Of a stretch of 64,000 nucleotides of DNA, positions 1-10,338 are shown piece by piece (position 1 is the first letter of the stretch; every line of letters begins with the position of its first letter). The notes below the pieces were generated by a model, which ran no database searches, had not been told where the DNA came from, and saw only the letters and a program-made list of their open reading frames with translations. The position numbers and the translations under genes were made by a program. The stretch comes from Candidatus Latescibacterota bacterium (GTDB lineage: Bacteria; Latescibacterota; UBA2968; UBA8231): contig OZ241867.1 in assembly GCA_965203175.1 (NCBI GenBank), forward strand, positions 2,016,001-2,080,000, given 5' to 3'.

Positions 1-1
1 C

Positions 2-1345
2 AATATCCCTCTCTTCGACGAGAGCACAGCCGAAGGCACCTTGCCCGCAGTGGAGGACGCCGTGGTCATCTATGGGTACGGGCCGGAGGTCGAGACTCTA
101 ATAGAAGAGCTTTCCAGTAGGCACCTGCCAATGGTGGTGATCGAAGAGGACGAGGCGACAGCGCGGCAGCTCCAGACAAGTGCTGATGTGCAGGTCGTAC
201 ATGCGCACCTAGCGGCGGAGACGCTGGACCTGCGGCCGTTGACCAAGGCCAAGGCGCTGGTAGCCAACGGCTCAGACGACGACAACGCGCTGTTTGCGCT
301 CAGTACCCGCGAGGCCGGTTTTGCCGGTCCAATCGTGGCGATGATCGAGCACCCTCAGCGCCGCGGTCCCATGTTGCTGGCTGGCGCGACTGCGGCCTTT
401 ACTCCCAACCACGTCCTCGCTGCGGCCATTGCCGTTCGCGCCAGCGCGAAAATCGGGCCGCGAGTGGCGGGCGTAGAGTCGCTCGACCCATTCCTCGAAG
501 TGGCCGAACTGCGCGTGCACGACCAGAGCCCGCTCGCCAATCGCACCTTGGCCGAGACTGAGCTCTACACCCGGACTGGTGCCCACATCGTCGGGCAGTG
601 GGCGGACGACGCGCTCGGCTCGCCGCCGGCCGCGGCGGAGAAGCTGGAACCCGGAACAATTCTGGTAGCGGTCGGCGCGCCCGAGAGCATTCACAGGTTA
701 AACGACATGTCCCGGCCGATTACTCAGCAGGGACCGATTGCGGTGATTGGCTTTGCCGATGTCGGGCAGAAGCTAGTCGAGATCCTCCACGCTGCGGGCG
801 AGGAAGTGCGGGTCGTCGATGAGGCCGAACGCGCCGGAGTCGATGTGGTCGGCGACGTGCTCGACGTGCGCGTCCTGGATCGCGCTGCCATTGCGGAGGC
901 GCGGGTCGTCATCCTCGCCCTCGACAGCGACCGAGCCGCCCTGTTCGCCGCGGCGGTGGTGCGCGATCACGTTCCGGAGATCCCACTGTTGGCTTGCGTG
1001 TCCCACGTTGAAAACGCAGACCGGGTGCAGCGCGCTGGCGCTGATTTTGCGCTCTCGGTCAGCCAGGTCGCCGGTCAGTTGCTGGTCCACCACGTCCTCG
1101 GAGAGATGGTTTCGCACAAGCCTCGGATCAAGATGGTCAAGCTCCGGCCCGGCCCCCTCGCCGGACGCCACCCGCTCGCCGCGCGCATCCGCGAGCGCAC
1201 GGGTTGTTCGGTGGTGGCGGTCGAGCGGGCCGGCGACGTGATCATGGAGATCCCGGCTTCGTTGGTGCTCGAGCCTGAAGACGCGCTTTACCTCTGCGGC
1301 ACGCCCGCGGCTTTTGATCGCTACTACGAGGAATTTCCGACTTAG
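2..1345 (+). CDS. TrkA-N/TrkA-C (RCK) domain potassium channel-type protein, 5' truncated by the window
   Basis: Frame is open from base 2. Two Rossmann RCK-N motifs (IYGYGPE, VIGFADVG), each followed by an RCK-C domain. Confidence 0.85.
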   Translation, partial: NIPLFDESTAEGTLPAVEDAVVIYGYGPEVETLIEELSSRHLPMVVIEEDEATARQLQTSADVQVVHAHLAAETLDLRPLTKAKALVANGSDDDNALFALSTREAGFAGPIVAMIEHPQRRGPMLLAGATAAFTPNHVLAAAIAVRASAKIGPRVAGVESLDPFLEVAELRVHDQSPLANRTLAETELYTRTGAHIVGQWADDALGSPPAAAEKLEPGTILVAVGAPESIHRLNDMSRPITQQGPIAVIGFADVGQKLVEILHAAGEEVRVVDEAERAGVDVVGDVLDVRVLDRAAIAEARVVILALDSDRAALFAAAVVRDHVPEIPLLACVSHVENADRVQRAGADFALSVSQVAGQLLVHHVLGEMVSHKPRIKMVKLRPGPLAGRHPLAARIRERTGCSVVAVERAGDVIMEIPASLVLEPEDALYLCGTPAAFDRYYEEFPT

Positions 1346-2163
1346 GGAAGTGGATAGGTCCTGAATAAATCTCGTTGCGCCTTTGTCAAGCGACTGAGGG
1401 TCTCTGGGGTGATGTGCTGTTTTTCGTCCATGGTGGCGATGTTTTGCGACATCATCCAGTACGGCCCGTAGCCCACGTGCAGAGTCTTGCGGGTCTGCTC
1501 GGAGCGGTTGGTGAAACCGCCGTGGCGCAAGTTCTCGGTGAAGAGGATTGCGTCGCCGGCCTTGACCTCTAGACCTACCATGTCGGGGTCTTCGTCCGGG
1601 TCGTTGCTGTGGGGTGAGGGCAGATTGGTTTTGTGCGTTCCCGGCACCACGCAAAAGGCCCCCTGCTCGTTGGTGCAATCGTGGATGAAATAGACCATCC
1701 GCACCATCATGCAGTCGATGCCGTGGTCGGTGTAGCTGTAGCGGTATTTTTGGCTGGCTGAAGCGGTGCCGCCGTGGCAGCCGGTGGCGTTGCCATGATA
1801 GCGGATGCGGATCTCGGAGTTGTTGATCGTCGGCCGCTGTTTGACGATGCCGTGGATGTAGTTCATCGTCGGCTGGTGATCGAGCAAAACGTCGAAGGCC
1901 GGGTTGGCGTTCCAGTAGTCTTCGATCATGAGGGTTTTGCCCTCGCCTCGCTCGCCGTTGGTGTGGTAACCTCGCTCGGGATTGGCGTGGTAGTTGGCTC
2001 CCCAGCCGCTTTGCTTGCGCGGCGGTTGGGTGACGTGCGCGAGCGCGTGTTATTCTAGCTCATCAACAGCCTCGGCCAGCGCGGCCACTTGGGTCTTGTT
2101 CAGCAGGTTCTCGATGACGATGTAGCCCTGGCGGTCGAATTCAAAGGTTTCGATTTCGTTCAT
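1342..2163 (-). pseudogene. PhyH-family dioxygenase interrupted by an in-frame TAA
   Basis: ATG at 2163 with GGAG RBS reads MNEIETFEFDRQGYIVIENLL (typical PhyH N-terminus). TAA at 2052-2050, then the same frame continues into ORF 1342-1929 (GAFCVVPGTHK, AGDAILF..HGG). Confidence 0.8.
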
Positions 2164-2173
2164 GTGTTGCTCC

Positions 2174-2977
2174 TTATTTGTTGAACCATCGGGCCAAGTT
2201 GCCCCCCTTTACCAGCGTTCGCTCGGCCTCTCCGTAGTCTGCTAGATGCGCATCGACGATTGCCGGCGTGCCGCTACCCCAGACCATGCGCTCCGGCCCG
2301 AAAGCCTCGATCACGCGCTGCGTAAAGGGCTTGGCGCTTTCGTACAGCGGCTCGTCTTGGGCGAAGTGGCCGAGGCCGGAGAGCTTTATATAGACCTCGG
2401 CGTCAGCACAGCTCAGATCCAGTATGTCGGCGTACTCGACTGCGCTGCCCTGATGCGGCTCGGCCAAGTGGTCGATTAGCGCCACGGTTTGGGGAATGTC
2501 GCGCAGCACTTGGGCGACTTGGGCACCGTAATTAGGCCCAATGTGCAATTCGACGACCAAGCCCAGTTCCACGGCCTTTTCCCACAGGGCGCGTACTCCT
2601 TTGTCGTCGAAGCTGTCGAGATACAGCTCCTTGCCTCGGTGGGCGTGAAAGCGCGTGGCGATGATCTTGGGTTCGCGAGCGACTAGATCAACCAACTTCT
2701 GGGGCGCGTCTGGATCTTTGGGATAAAACAGCGATGTGCCCCGCAGCCGCTCTGGCTCGCGCTTTAGACATTCGAGTATCAGCCGGTGGTCGTCCCCATA
2801 CGGCTCGGGATGGACGACGACGGCCCGGTCGATCCCCTCGTCGTCCAGGCGCTGCAAATAGGCCGCCAATGGGTCTGGGGGATGCACGGAAACATCTGGA
2901 CGATAGGCCGCCTTGGGATGCAAGGGATAGCGCTGGGTATCAGGGTTGAAAATGTGGGCATTCCACTCGACGATCAT
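2174..2977 (-). CDS. Amidohydrolase_2 family protein
   Basis: NAHIF, IDHLAEP, KLSG and FGPERMVWGS motifs. Confidence 0.85.
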   Translation of the reverse strand: MIVEWNAHIFNPDTQRYPLHPKAAYRPDVSVHPPDPLAAYLQRLDDEGIDRAVVVHPEPYGDDHRLILECLKREPERLRGTSLFYPKDPDAPQKLVDLVAREPKIIATRFHAHRGKELYLDSFDDKGVRALWEKAVELGLVVELHIGPNYGAQVAQVLRDIPQTVALIDHLAEPHQGSAVEYADILDLSCADAEVYIKLSGLGHFAQDEPLYESAKPFTQRVIEAFGPERMVWGSGTPAIVDAHLADYGEAERTLVKGGNLARWFNK

Positions 2978-3073
2978 CGGGCCGTCTCCCTCGGCTGAGT
3001 TCGGGTCGAAGCCTCGTGCAGAGCAAGAGTACCACGCCGGTCTGCAACTGTCAAACGGCTCTGCCGCAGCACC

Positions 3074-3102
3074 TTGACAATACAGTTGGGGAATTCTATT
3101 TT
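3074..3102 (+). promoter_or_regulatory. sigma70-type promoter for tRNA-Glu
   Basis: TTGACA-N17-TATTTT about 30 nt upstream of the tRNA. Confidence 0.6.
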
Positions 3103-3132
3103 TTTGAAGCTGTCAGGCTGAAAATAGACGTT

Positions 3133-3208
3133 GGCCCGTTCGTCTAGAGGCCTAGGACGCCGGCCTCTCACGCCGGTAACACGGGTTCGAATCCCGTACG
3201 GGCTACCA
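3133..3208 (+). tRNA. tRNA-Glu (CTC)
   Basis: Acceptor stem GGCCCGT/ACGGGCT, anticodon arm CCGGC-ct-CTC-ac-GCCGG, T-loop GTTCGAATC, encoded CCA. Confidence 0.97.
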
Positions 3209-3214
3209 ATTATT

Positions 3215-3254
3215 AAACCCCAGGTTGGTTACACTGACCTGGGGTTTTCTTTTT
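3215..3254 (+). terminator. Intrinsic terminator after the tRNA
   Basis: AAACCCCAGGT...ACCTGGGGTTT hairpin followed by a T-rich tract. Confidence 0.85.
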
Positions 3255-3298
3255 GCCGATCCACTAGGCCGTCACGACTTATAGAAGACGACGCTAGC

Positions 3299-3694
3299 TC
3301 AGCATCCGCACTCGATTTCGGTCCCAGACTGCGCCTCGTCGCCGGCGGTGGCGTAGCCGTCGCGCTTCCACCAGTCGAACCCGCCGATTAATTCGCGCAC
3401 TTGAAAGCCCAGCGTCAGCAGTTTTAGCGCCGTCTTCGTCGAGGCGTTGCAGCCGATGCCGTCGCAGTAGCAGACATAGAGCTTTGATTTGTCGAGCGAC
3501 GCAGTGGAATTGAAGCAGATTTCCCGGTGGGGCAGGTTGAGTGCGCCTGGAATGTGCTCTTGGGCATAAGCCTCTGCCGAACGGCCATCGACGACGATGA
3601 TGGGTTCGTTGTCGCCCAATGCCATGTATAGATCCCACGAATCCATCTCGTAGGAGAGCTTGCGCTGGTAGTGGTTCATTTGGTCAATGGACAT
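3299..3694 (-). CDS. Rhodanese-like domain protein
   Basis: VVDGRS..HIPGALN, YCDGIGCNAS, LIGGFDWW. Start set at ATG 3694. Confidence 0.9.
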   Translation of the reverse strand: MSIDQMNHYQRKLSYEMDSWDLYMALGDNEPIIVVDGRSAEAYAQEHIPGALNLPHREICFNSTASLDKSKLYVCYCDGIGCNASTKTALKLLTLGFQVRELIGGFDWWKRDGYATAGDEAQSGTEIECGC

Positions 3695-3716
3695 AGTTTT
3701 TTCCGTTGTTGAAATG

Positions 3717-5108
3717 CTACGAACACCAGTAAGCATACAGGCGGGCGTTGTGCAGTGCGAAACGCAGGCGCACCGGCTGTTCTCTCAACGCGCGCAAATC
3801 CCGGCCGTCGCGCCAGCGCACGGGCACGGCGACTCCGTCCTCGGCGATGGCAACGCAGTCTTGAGCGGTATGGCCGGGAATGGGGTGCCCTTCCTCATCG
3901 AGCAATTCGACGGTTAGCTGTCCGTAATCTGCCTTGGCGTTGATCTGCAATTCGTCCCCGGCCAACGCGAAGGGCCGGGTCGTTATCTGCCCGCCGTCAA
4001 AACTGGCGTTGAGCGATGCGAAGCCGTCGAGGCGCAGCATGGCCAAGCCAATGCCCATCGTCCCCGGGTCTTGATCGGCCGCAATCGGTGGGTCGAATTC
4101 GCGCGGGATCTTGGCGTGCCGCCGCGCCGTACCCCGGTAGTAGATATAGAGCTTGTCGCCCACGGCAATTGGCGGCGCACCGCTGAGCATGAGTTGGAAC
4201 CGATCCCACTCGCCCACTGCACCCAAACCCGCTAGTGGCTCCCCCGGAGCCCGATGCCAGCGCTCCCCGTCGCGGCTGCACAAAAGCCGCAGGACTTGGG
4301 TCTGTTGGCGCGGGCGTTTGTCGAAGTGGGTCAGGATGCCCAAGTAATGAGCGCCGTAGTTGAAACCCGTGTTGTTGTAGAGGGCCTCTTCTTCGTTGAG
4401 CGGTGCTAAGAAGGGTCGCGGCGGCGACCAGTGGACGAAGTCCTCGCTCGTGCTCATTAGCCGCTCGGGCACGCCGCGCAAAAAGGCCACGTAGCGCCGG
4501 CGCTCAATATCTACCATCATGGACTGCGCATCGCCGACCGGCCCCAAGTCGGAGGTGCCGGGCCGCGGATGGTAGCGGAAAATCGGGTCTGGCGAATGCG
4601 ACCAGTTGATCCCGTCCGGCGAAGTGGCGCTGTAAATGCCCGAGCGCGGGCCATCCCAGTCGTAGCTCGACCAGCCGATGGCCTTGTAGCGGCGGGCGGG
4701 GTCTGGGTCGAGGGGGTCCTTGAGCATGGTCTCCCAGTGATCCTTCCCTTCGTGGTGGGTCGCGGGGATGACGATGTTGTTGTCCTTGGAGCCGAGGGCC
4801 TCGTGGATTCCGAGGGAGGGGCGCTCCCAATGGATTCCGTCCGGCGACAGCGCGAGGCACTGCACGCTTCCGCACCCTGGCTCATAGTGGCCGGCCATGT
4901 ACCAGGCCTTGAAAATTTGTTCCTCTGCGTCGAAAATCACCGCCGCGGTCATGCCGCTGTTCTGTTCCCACGGCGCTTCTTGTTTGAGCACGGGATGCGT
5001 GCCGTACTTCTCCGCTTGGTGGAAGACTCGCGTCACGTTTTCTTGGCGTTCGACGTCGTCCATATCGACGAAGAGACGCTTGCGGTGGTCGAGTGTTGGG
5101 TAGTCCAT
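3717..5108 (-). CDS. GH32/GH43-like beta-propeller glycoside hydrolase-like protein
   Basis: Repeated Asp-box motifs (SPDGIHW, SPDGINW, SEDFVHW, SRDGERW) and C-terminal LRLDGFAS...LRFAL beta-sandwich. Start at ATG 5108. Confidence 0.7.
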   Translation of the reverse strand: MDYPTLDHRKRLFVDMDDVERQENVTRVFHQAEKYGTHPVLKQEAPWEQNSGMTAAVIFDAEEQIFKAWYMAGHYEPGCGSVQCLALSPDGIHWERPSLGIHEALGSKDNNIVIPATHHEGKDHWETMLKDPLDPDPARRYKAIGWSSYDWDGPRSGIYSATSPDGINWSHSPDPIFRYHPRPGTSDLGPVGDAQSMMVDIERRRYVAFLRGVPERLMSTSEDFVHWSPPRPFLAPLNEEEALYNNTGFNYGAHYLGILTHFDKRPRQQTQVLRLLCSRDGERWHRAPGEPLAGLGAVGEWDRFQLMLSGAPPIAVGDKLYIYYRGTARRHAKIPREFDPPIAADQDPGTMGIGLAMLRLDGFASLNASFDGGQITTRPFALAGDELQINAKADYGQLTVELLDEEGHPIPGHTAQDCVAIAEDGVAVPVRWRDGRDLRALREQPVRLRFALHNARLYAYWCS

Positions 5109-5113
5109 TGGTC

Positions 5114-5848
5114 CTATGTCCTCATCCCCGACTGGGATTCGAAGCCCAGCAAGCGCTTCAGGGTCGGCGTCGCCCGCGCGACGACCTCGGGGCGCGCCAG
5201 CTTGAACTGGTCTTGTTGCGGCTTCATAAACGAGCGGCAGAAGAATCCCAACAGAATCATCCGATCCTGCTGGGTGTGGTTGGCACCGCTGCCGTGCCAC
5301 GTTGCACCGTGGAAGACGACGATATCGCCTTTGCGGACGTCTAGCTGGATGACGTCGTCGTATTCTTTTTCTGGGTCGGGGGCGTACCCGCGCTTGTAGC
5401 TGCCCGGCACGATATGCGTGGCCCCGTTTTCAGGCGCGAAGTCGTCGAGCACGTAGATGGTATTGGCGCAAAAGGCGAAGGGTGGCGGCGGCTGGGGAAA
5501 GCTGCCGAGTGGGAAGTCGATGTGTAGGCGGCCGGCTGGCGCATCTGGGCCGATGTGATTGACGGTGAAGCTGCTCAAGATGCAGTTGTCGCCTAGCAGG
5601 TACTCTTGGAGTGCGAGTACCTGAGGAAGCTGGATCATCTCCTCGTAAATGCGGCCCTTGTTGACTAGGTTCCACACGCGCTGTGCGGAGCCGTCGAGGT
5701 AGACATGCTCTCCTCCGGCGGCCCGCTCCTGTACAATCAGCTCGGCCGAGCGATTGCGCAGGGTATTGGCCTGGTCCGGGGTCAACGCCTCTTTGAGCAC
5801 GGCGTACCCGTATTCGTCGATATGGGCCTTGGCGTCGTCGATGGTCAT
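5114..5848 (-). CDS. PhyH-family dioxygenase
   Basis: LHID, NGATHIVPGS and HGSGAN Fe(II)/2OG motifs. Confidence 0.9.
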   Translation of the reverse strand: MTIDDAKAHIDEYGYAVLKEALTPDQANTLRNRSAELIVQERAAGGEHVYLDGSAQRVWNLVNKGRIYEEMIQLPQVLALQEYLLGDNCILSSFTVNHIGPDAPAGRLHIDFPLGSFPQPPPPFAFCANTIYVLDDFAPENGATHIVPGSYKRGYAPDPEKEYDDVIQLDVRKGDIVVFHGATWHGSGANHTQQDRMILLGFFCRSFMKPQQDQFKLARPEVVARATPTLKRLLGFESQSGMRT

Positions 5849-5859
5849 GGTGGTCGCTT

Positions 5860-6615
5860 CTAACCTCGTCCGACAAACGGCATTTTCGTCGCCATGATCG
5901 TCATAAACAGCACATTGGTGTCCAGCGGCAGCTCGGCCATTTGCACTACGGCACGGGCCACGTGTTCGACGTCAAAGCGCGGCTCGACGAGCTTGGAGCC
6001 ATCGGCCTGCGGCACGCCGTCGCTCATCCGCTGCGTCATATCGGTCGCCGTGTTACCAATGTCGATCTGGCCGCAGGCGATGTCGTATTTGCGCCCGTCG
6101 AGCGAGGTCGATTTGGTGAGTCCGGTAATGGCGTGTTTGGTGGCGGTATAAGGGGCGGAATTGGGACGCGGGGCTGCGGCTGAAACTGAGCCGTTGTTGA
6201 TGATGCGCCCGCCGCGCGGGTCTTGATCCTTCATAATGCGGAAGGCCGCTTGGGTGCAGAGGAAGCTACCGGTCAGGTTGACGGCGACGACCTTCTGCCA
6301 CTGTTCGTATTCGAGGTCTTCCAACGGCACGGTCGGCGCTCCGCCCCCGGCGTTGTTGAACAGCACATCGAGTCGGCCAAAGTGTTCGGCGACTTGGGCG
6401 AACAGCGCGTCAACGGCTTGGGGGTCGCCGACGTCGGTGGATACCGGCAACATGCGGGCATCCGCCCCCGCCAGCGCGGTCGTTTCCTCTAAGGCATCTT
6501 GACGCCGTCCGGCTAGAGCAACTGCATAGCCGGCCTCGGCCAATGCCAAGGCACTGTGGCGGCCGATGCCGCTGCCGGCACCTGTGACGAGGGCGACTTT
6601 TGCATGTGCTTCCAT
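5860..6615 (-). CDS. SDR family oxidoreductase
   Basis: [17 protein letters not shown]. Confidence 0.95.
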   Translation of the reverse strand: MEAHAKVALVTGAGSGIGRHSALALAEAGYAVALAGRRQDALEETTALAGADARMLPVSTDVGDPQAVDALFAQVAEHFGRLDVLFNNAGGGAPTVPLEDLEYEQWQKVVAVNLTGSFLCTQAAFRIMKDQDPRGGRIINNGSVSAAAPRPNSAPYTATKHAITGLTKSTSLDGRKYDIACGQIDIGNTATDMTQRMSDGVPQADGSKLVEPRFDVEHVARAVVQMAELPLDTNVLFMTIMATKMPFVGRG

Positions 6616-6645
6616 TTGTCATCTCCTTGAATTTGAATGGTGGTT

Positions 6646-8835
6646 CTAGGTGGTACGTTGGGCGGCTTTTACCTCTCTGCGCCGCTTGTGCAACACGTTT
6701 TCCGTATATCCGTTCGGTTCGGTGCGACCGTTGAATACTAGGTCCAGCGCCGCTTGGAATTCGACGCTGGCGTCGAGGTCGGGGGCCATGGGGCAGTACG
6801 CTGGGTCGCCGCTGTTTTGTGCGTCTACGACTGAGGCCATGCGCGCAAAGGTCGCCCGCACCTGCTCCTCGTTGGTAATTCCGTGGTGCAGCCAGTTGGC
6901 GATGTGCTGGCTGGAAATTCGCAAGGTGGCGCGGTCTTCCATCAGGCCGATGTGGTTGATGTCCGGCACCTTGGAGCAGCCAATGCCCTGGCCGACCCAG
7001 CGCACCACGTAGCCCAAAATCCCCTGGACGTTGTTGTCCAATTCCTGCTGAATTTCCTCGGGACTGAGCGAGCGATCGAGCACCGGGGGACTGAGAATCG
7101 CGCCGAGCGAGGCTCGCTCCCGTCCGGCTAGCTGGCCGAGGCGTTCGAAGACATCGACTTGGTGATAGTGCAACGCGTGCAAGGTGGCCGCTGTCGGCGA
7201 AGGCACCCAAGCGGTCGTCGCCCCAGCTTGGGGATGGCCTATCTTGGTCTCTACCATCTCGCGCATCCGCTCGGGCATGGTCCACATCCCCTTGCCGATC
7301 TGCGCTCTTCCCACTAAGCCGGTGGCGATGCCGACGTCCACATTCCAGTCCTCATAAGCACTGAGCCAGGGCTGCTCTTTGATTTCCATCTTGGGCAACA
7401 TGGGGCCTAGTTCCATGCTGGTGTGGATCTCGTCCCCGGTGCGGTCGAGGAAGCCGGTGTTGATGAAGACGACGCGTTCGGCCGCGCAGCGGATGCACTC
7501 GCTGAGGTTGACTGTGGTGCGGCGCTCCTCGTCCATGATGCCGATTTTCAGGGTGTTTTTGCTCAGCCCCAGCGCCTCCTCCACTCGCGTGAAAAGTTCG
7601 ACGGTCGCTGCTACCTCGTCCGGTCCGTGCTGTTTGGGCTTCACCACATAGACGCTGCCGGTCTTGCTGTTGCGGTAGCGGCCGCGGCCTTTGAGATCGT
7701 GGATCGCCGCTAAGCTGATGACCATGGCGTCGAGGAAGCCCTCGGGGATTTCCGCGCCGTCGGCGGTGGTCACCGCATCGGTGTACATGTGGATGCCGAC
7801 GTGGCGCACGAGCAATAAGCTGCGCCCGGATAGTGTCAGGGTGTGGCCGCTGGGTGTGGTAAATGTGCGGTCGGCGCGCAGGCGGCGCGTCAGGGGCTGC
7901 CCGTTCTTGACAAAGATCGCCTCCAGCGTGCCCTGCATCAGGCCGTTCCAGTTGCCATAGACGAGGACCTTGTCCTCGGCATCGACCGCGGCCACGGAAT
8001 CTTCGCAATCTTGGATGGTGGTAATGGCCGCTTCTAAGAGCACGTCTTTGACGCCAGCGCGGTGGGTGCGCCCAATGGGATGGGTGCGGTCGATTTGGAT
8101 CTCGATGTGCAATCCGTTGTGGCGGAGTAAGACGCTGCTTAGCTGCCCGCCCTCGCATCCATAGCCGACGAACTGTCCGGCGTCTTTGAGGCCGACCTCG
8201 TCACCGCTTGCGAGGCAAGCGCGCAAGGTTTGTCCACCGGCGTCCTCACGTAGGAAAAACTCTACCACCTCTCGGTACGCGCCCTGTTGGAGGCCCGCGA
8301 TCGCGTCGAGAAATGCCTCGCTGCGCGCGATGACTTGGGCACCGCGCTCGGCGTCGTACTCGCCTGCCGGGACGCGGCCTTCAATTACATCCGTGCCGTA
8401 CAGGGCGTCGTACAAGCTGCCCCAGCGCGCATTCGCCGCGTTGAGCGCGTAGCGCGCATTGTCAACTGGGACGACTAGCTGGGGGCCGGCTAGGGAGGCG
8501 ATTTCTGGGTCGGTGTTTTCCGTGCGGATTCGCTGCGCGTCGCCCGTGGGTAGTAAGTAACCGATCTCTTCGAGAAAGGTACGGTAACTTGTGGGATCTA
8601 ACCGCTCGCCGCGCCGCTGTTGGTGATAGGCGTCAATCTGGGCCTGCAAGGCGTCGCGGCGCTGAAGTAGCTGTTGATTTTTTGGCCCTAAGTCTTGGAC
8701 GATTTTCTCCAGCGCCGCCCAGAAGTGATCGACATCCACGTCCGTTCCGGGCGCGATCTGCTCGGCGACGAGGGCATAGAGCCGCTGGTCGATGTGCAAT
8801 CCGCCGCTGGTTACTTTTCTTGCTGATTCCGCCAT
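6646..8835 (-). CDS. glcB: Malate synthase G
   Basis: [56 protein letters not shown]; 729 aa. Confidence 0.97.
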   Translation of the reverse strand: MAESARKVTSGGLHIDQRLYALVAEQIAPGTDVDVDHFWAALEKIVQDLGPKNQQLLQRRDALQAQIDAYHQQRRGERLDPTSYRTFLEEIGYLLPTGDAQRIRTENTDPEIASLAGPQLVVPVDNARYALNAANARWGSLYDALYGTDVIEGRVPAGEYDAERGAQVIARSEAFLDAIAGLQQGAYREVVEFFLREDAGGQTLRACLASGDEVGLKDAGQFVGYGCEGGQLSSVLLRHNGLHIEIQIDRTHPIGRTHRAGVKDVLLEAAITTIQDCEDSVAAVDAEDKVLVYGNWNGLMQGTLEAIFVKNGQPLTRRLRADRTFTTPSGHTLTLSGRSLLLVRHVGIHMYTDAVTTADGAEIPEGFLDAMVISLAAIHDLKGRGRYRNSKTGSVYVVKPKQHGPDEVAATVELFTRVEEALGLSKNTLKIGIMDEERRTTVNLSECIRCAAERVVFINTGFLDRTGDEIHTSMELGPMLPKMEIKEQPWLSAYEDWNVDVGIATGLVGRAQIGKGMWTMPERMREMVETKIGHPQAGATTAWVPSPTAATLHALHYHQVDVFERLGQLAGRERASLGAILSPPVLDRSLSPEEIQQELDNNVQGILGYVVRWVGQGIGCSKVPDINHIGLMEDRATLRISSQHIANWLHHGITNEEQVRATFARMASVVDAQNSGDPAYCPMAPDLDASVEFQAALDLVFNGRTEPNGYTENVLHKRRREVKAAQRTT

Positions 8836-8966
8836 GATGTGCTCCGTTTAATTTTGCCGAGCAAGAGTATAATCATTTATGGCGCGGGCGACCTATGGAC
8901 AGGGTGGATGGGATTTGGATAGCTTGTAGGCACTAGCGCATAACAACACTATCGCAGGAGGAGACC

Positions 8967-9881
8967 ATGAACTACGACCCATGCCAACGCACCTTTGACT
9001 GCGAGCCGACGCTCACCGACTCCGAGGTTCTCGAATTCTGCCGCGAGGGCCACCTATTGCTCAGAGGCGTCGTGCCCGACGAGATCAACCAGCGCACCTG
9101 TGCTTGGATCGACGGCGATATTCCCGCCAACCCGAGCTATATCCCCGACGGCCTGACCGAGGCTGACCTCGACCGCATCCGCTTTACCCACGAGCCGACC
9201 TCCATCTTCTTGGAGGACTGGTTCATCGAGCACGTCTTGCTCAATCCGCAGTTGGCTGGTGCCATGCGCTCGCTCTTAGGCCCCAACATCGGCCTGCCGG
9301 TCTTGGCCAGCCACCACCGGGCCGAATGCCCAATGGAAGCCCAGCGCTGGCACCAAGACGCCGACCACATCTATGGCCCGGAGGTGCGCTTTTTGGAGGT
9401 CTTCTACTTTCCGCAGGACACGCCCGTGGAACTGGGGCCGACCGAGTTGGTGCCTGGCTCGCACATCCAACCTGGTGGTCACCGCGACGAAGAAGAAGGG
9501 GGCGTGTTTTGCGATGGCCCGGCCGGCACCATTGGGGTTCACCATCAGAGCATTATGCACCGCCGCGGCAAATCCACCGCCGAGGGGCTGCGCCGGATGC
9601 TTAAGTACAATTACTGGCGCACGGCACCTCCCCAGCGCGATTGGATCGTCGAGGAGGACTTTGATTTCCAGAGCGCGTATTACGGCGGGCACCGCACGGC
9701 GCGCTACTACGCCCACATGTTCTACTGGCTCTGCGGCAAGGGCGATCAGTTCCGCGTTATCGGCGGTCAGGCTTGGCCTTGGCAGACTGAGAATCAGATC
9801 GGGCCGTCGTATGGCTTTGACGCCGAGGAAGGCTACCAGCCCAATTGGCGGCGGGATAATCCGGACGGGTATGCGCGTTGA
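8967..9881 (+). CDS. PhyH-family dioxygenase
   Basis: WHQD, GPTELVPGSH, distal HRR; AGGAGG RBS. Confidence 0.85.
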   Translation: MNYDPCQRTFDCEPTLTDSEVLEFCREGHLLLRGVVPDEINQRTCAWIDGDIPANPSYIPDGLTEADLDRIRFTHEPTSIFLEDWFIEHVLLNPQLAGAMRSLLGPNIGLPVLASHHRAECPMEAQRWHQDADHIYGPEVRFLEVFYFPQDTPVELGPTELVPGSHIQPGGHRDEEEGGVFCDGPAGTIGVHHQSIMHRRGKSTAEGLRRMLKYNYWRTAPPQRDWIVEEDFDFQSAYYGGHRTARYYAHMFYWLCGKGDQFRVIGGQAWPWQTENQIGPSYGFDAEEGYQPNWRRDNPDGYAR

Positions 9882-9907
9882 TTGGTTGGACGGGTGGCGT
9901 TGATGAG

Positions 9908-10335
9908 GCAGTGGCCGCCTCCAACAGGAGGGACCATTGCTACGAGAGGCAGGGGCAGGGCACCGGCCCGGCGGGTGTGGGGCGGTACTGATTAAATCCA
10001 CATTCCCCGTCTAACTACGGGAGCCTCCGCGCTCGTCGAGCGAGCTTTGGCAGAACCCGGATCTATTCACGGGGGGATACACCCTGCCCCTGCTGAGAAT
10101 GGCGAACGGAAGAGACGCGAAGCCCTGTTGCTGATTCGCTGAAGGGCTCCCGGTGCTGAGTGGTTAGCCGCTAGGTCGTTGAGCGGCTTTGCCGGATAAT
10201 TGGGTTATCAATCCCTGAGGTCGCGCGTTACAGTGCGCGCCGAGTCTGGGCTATGCGCCGTCACCGGCGCAGTCGCACTTGCTCCCCTGTCTCTTCCGTG
10301 CGGCCACAACAAGTGTGGCCGGACTGCTCTAGTTG
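9908..10335 (-). ncRNA. Candidate large structured RNA (~430 nt), family not recognised
   Basis: Perfect long-range inverted repeats 9949-9960/10082-10093 (12 bp) and 10106-10116/10289-10299 (11 bp) plus at least 7 local hairpins. Wobble pairs and a GNRA loop favour the minus strand. No credible ORF. Confidence 0.6.
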
Positions 10336-10338
10336 TCC

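Noticed and set aside
3133-3260. tRNA-Glu as an island integration site
   Set aside because: No integrase nearby and no duplicated tRNA 3' end noticed in the window.
9908-10335. Cobalamin riboswitch, group I/II intron, RNase P, SRP or tmRNA identity for the structured region
   Set aside because: Only fragments resemble them (CACUGUAA, GCCACUG). The B12 box, catalytic cores, tag ORF and tRNA-like ends were not found, and it lies 3' of both flanking genes.
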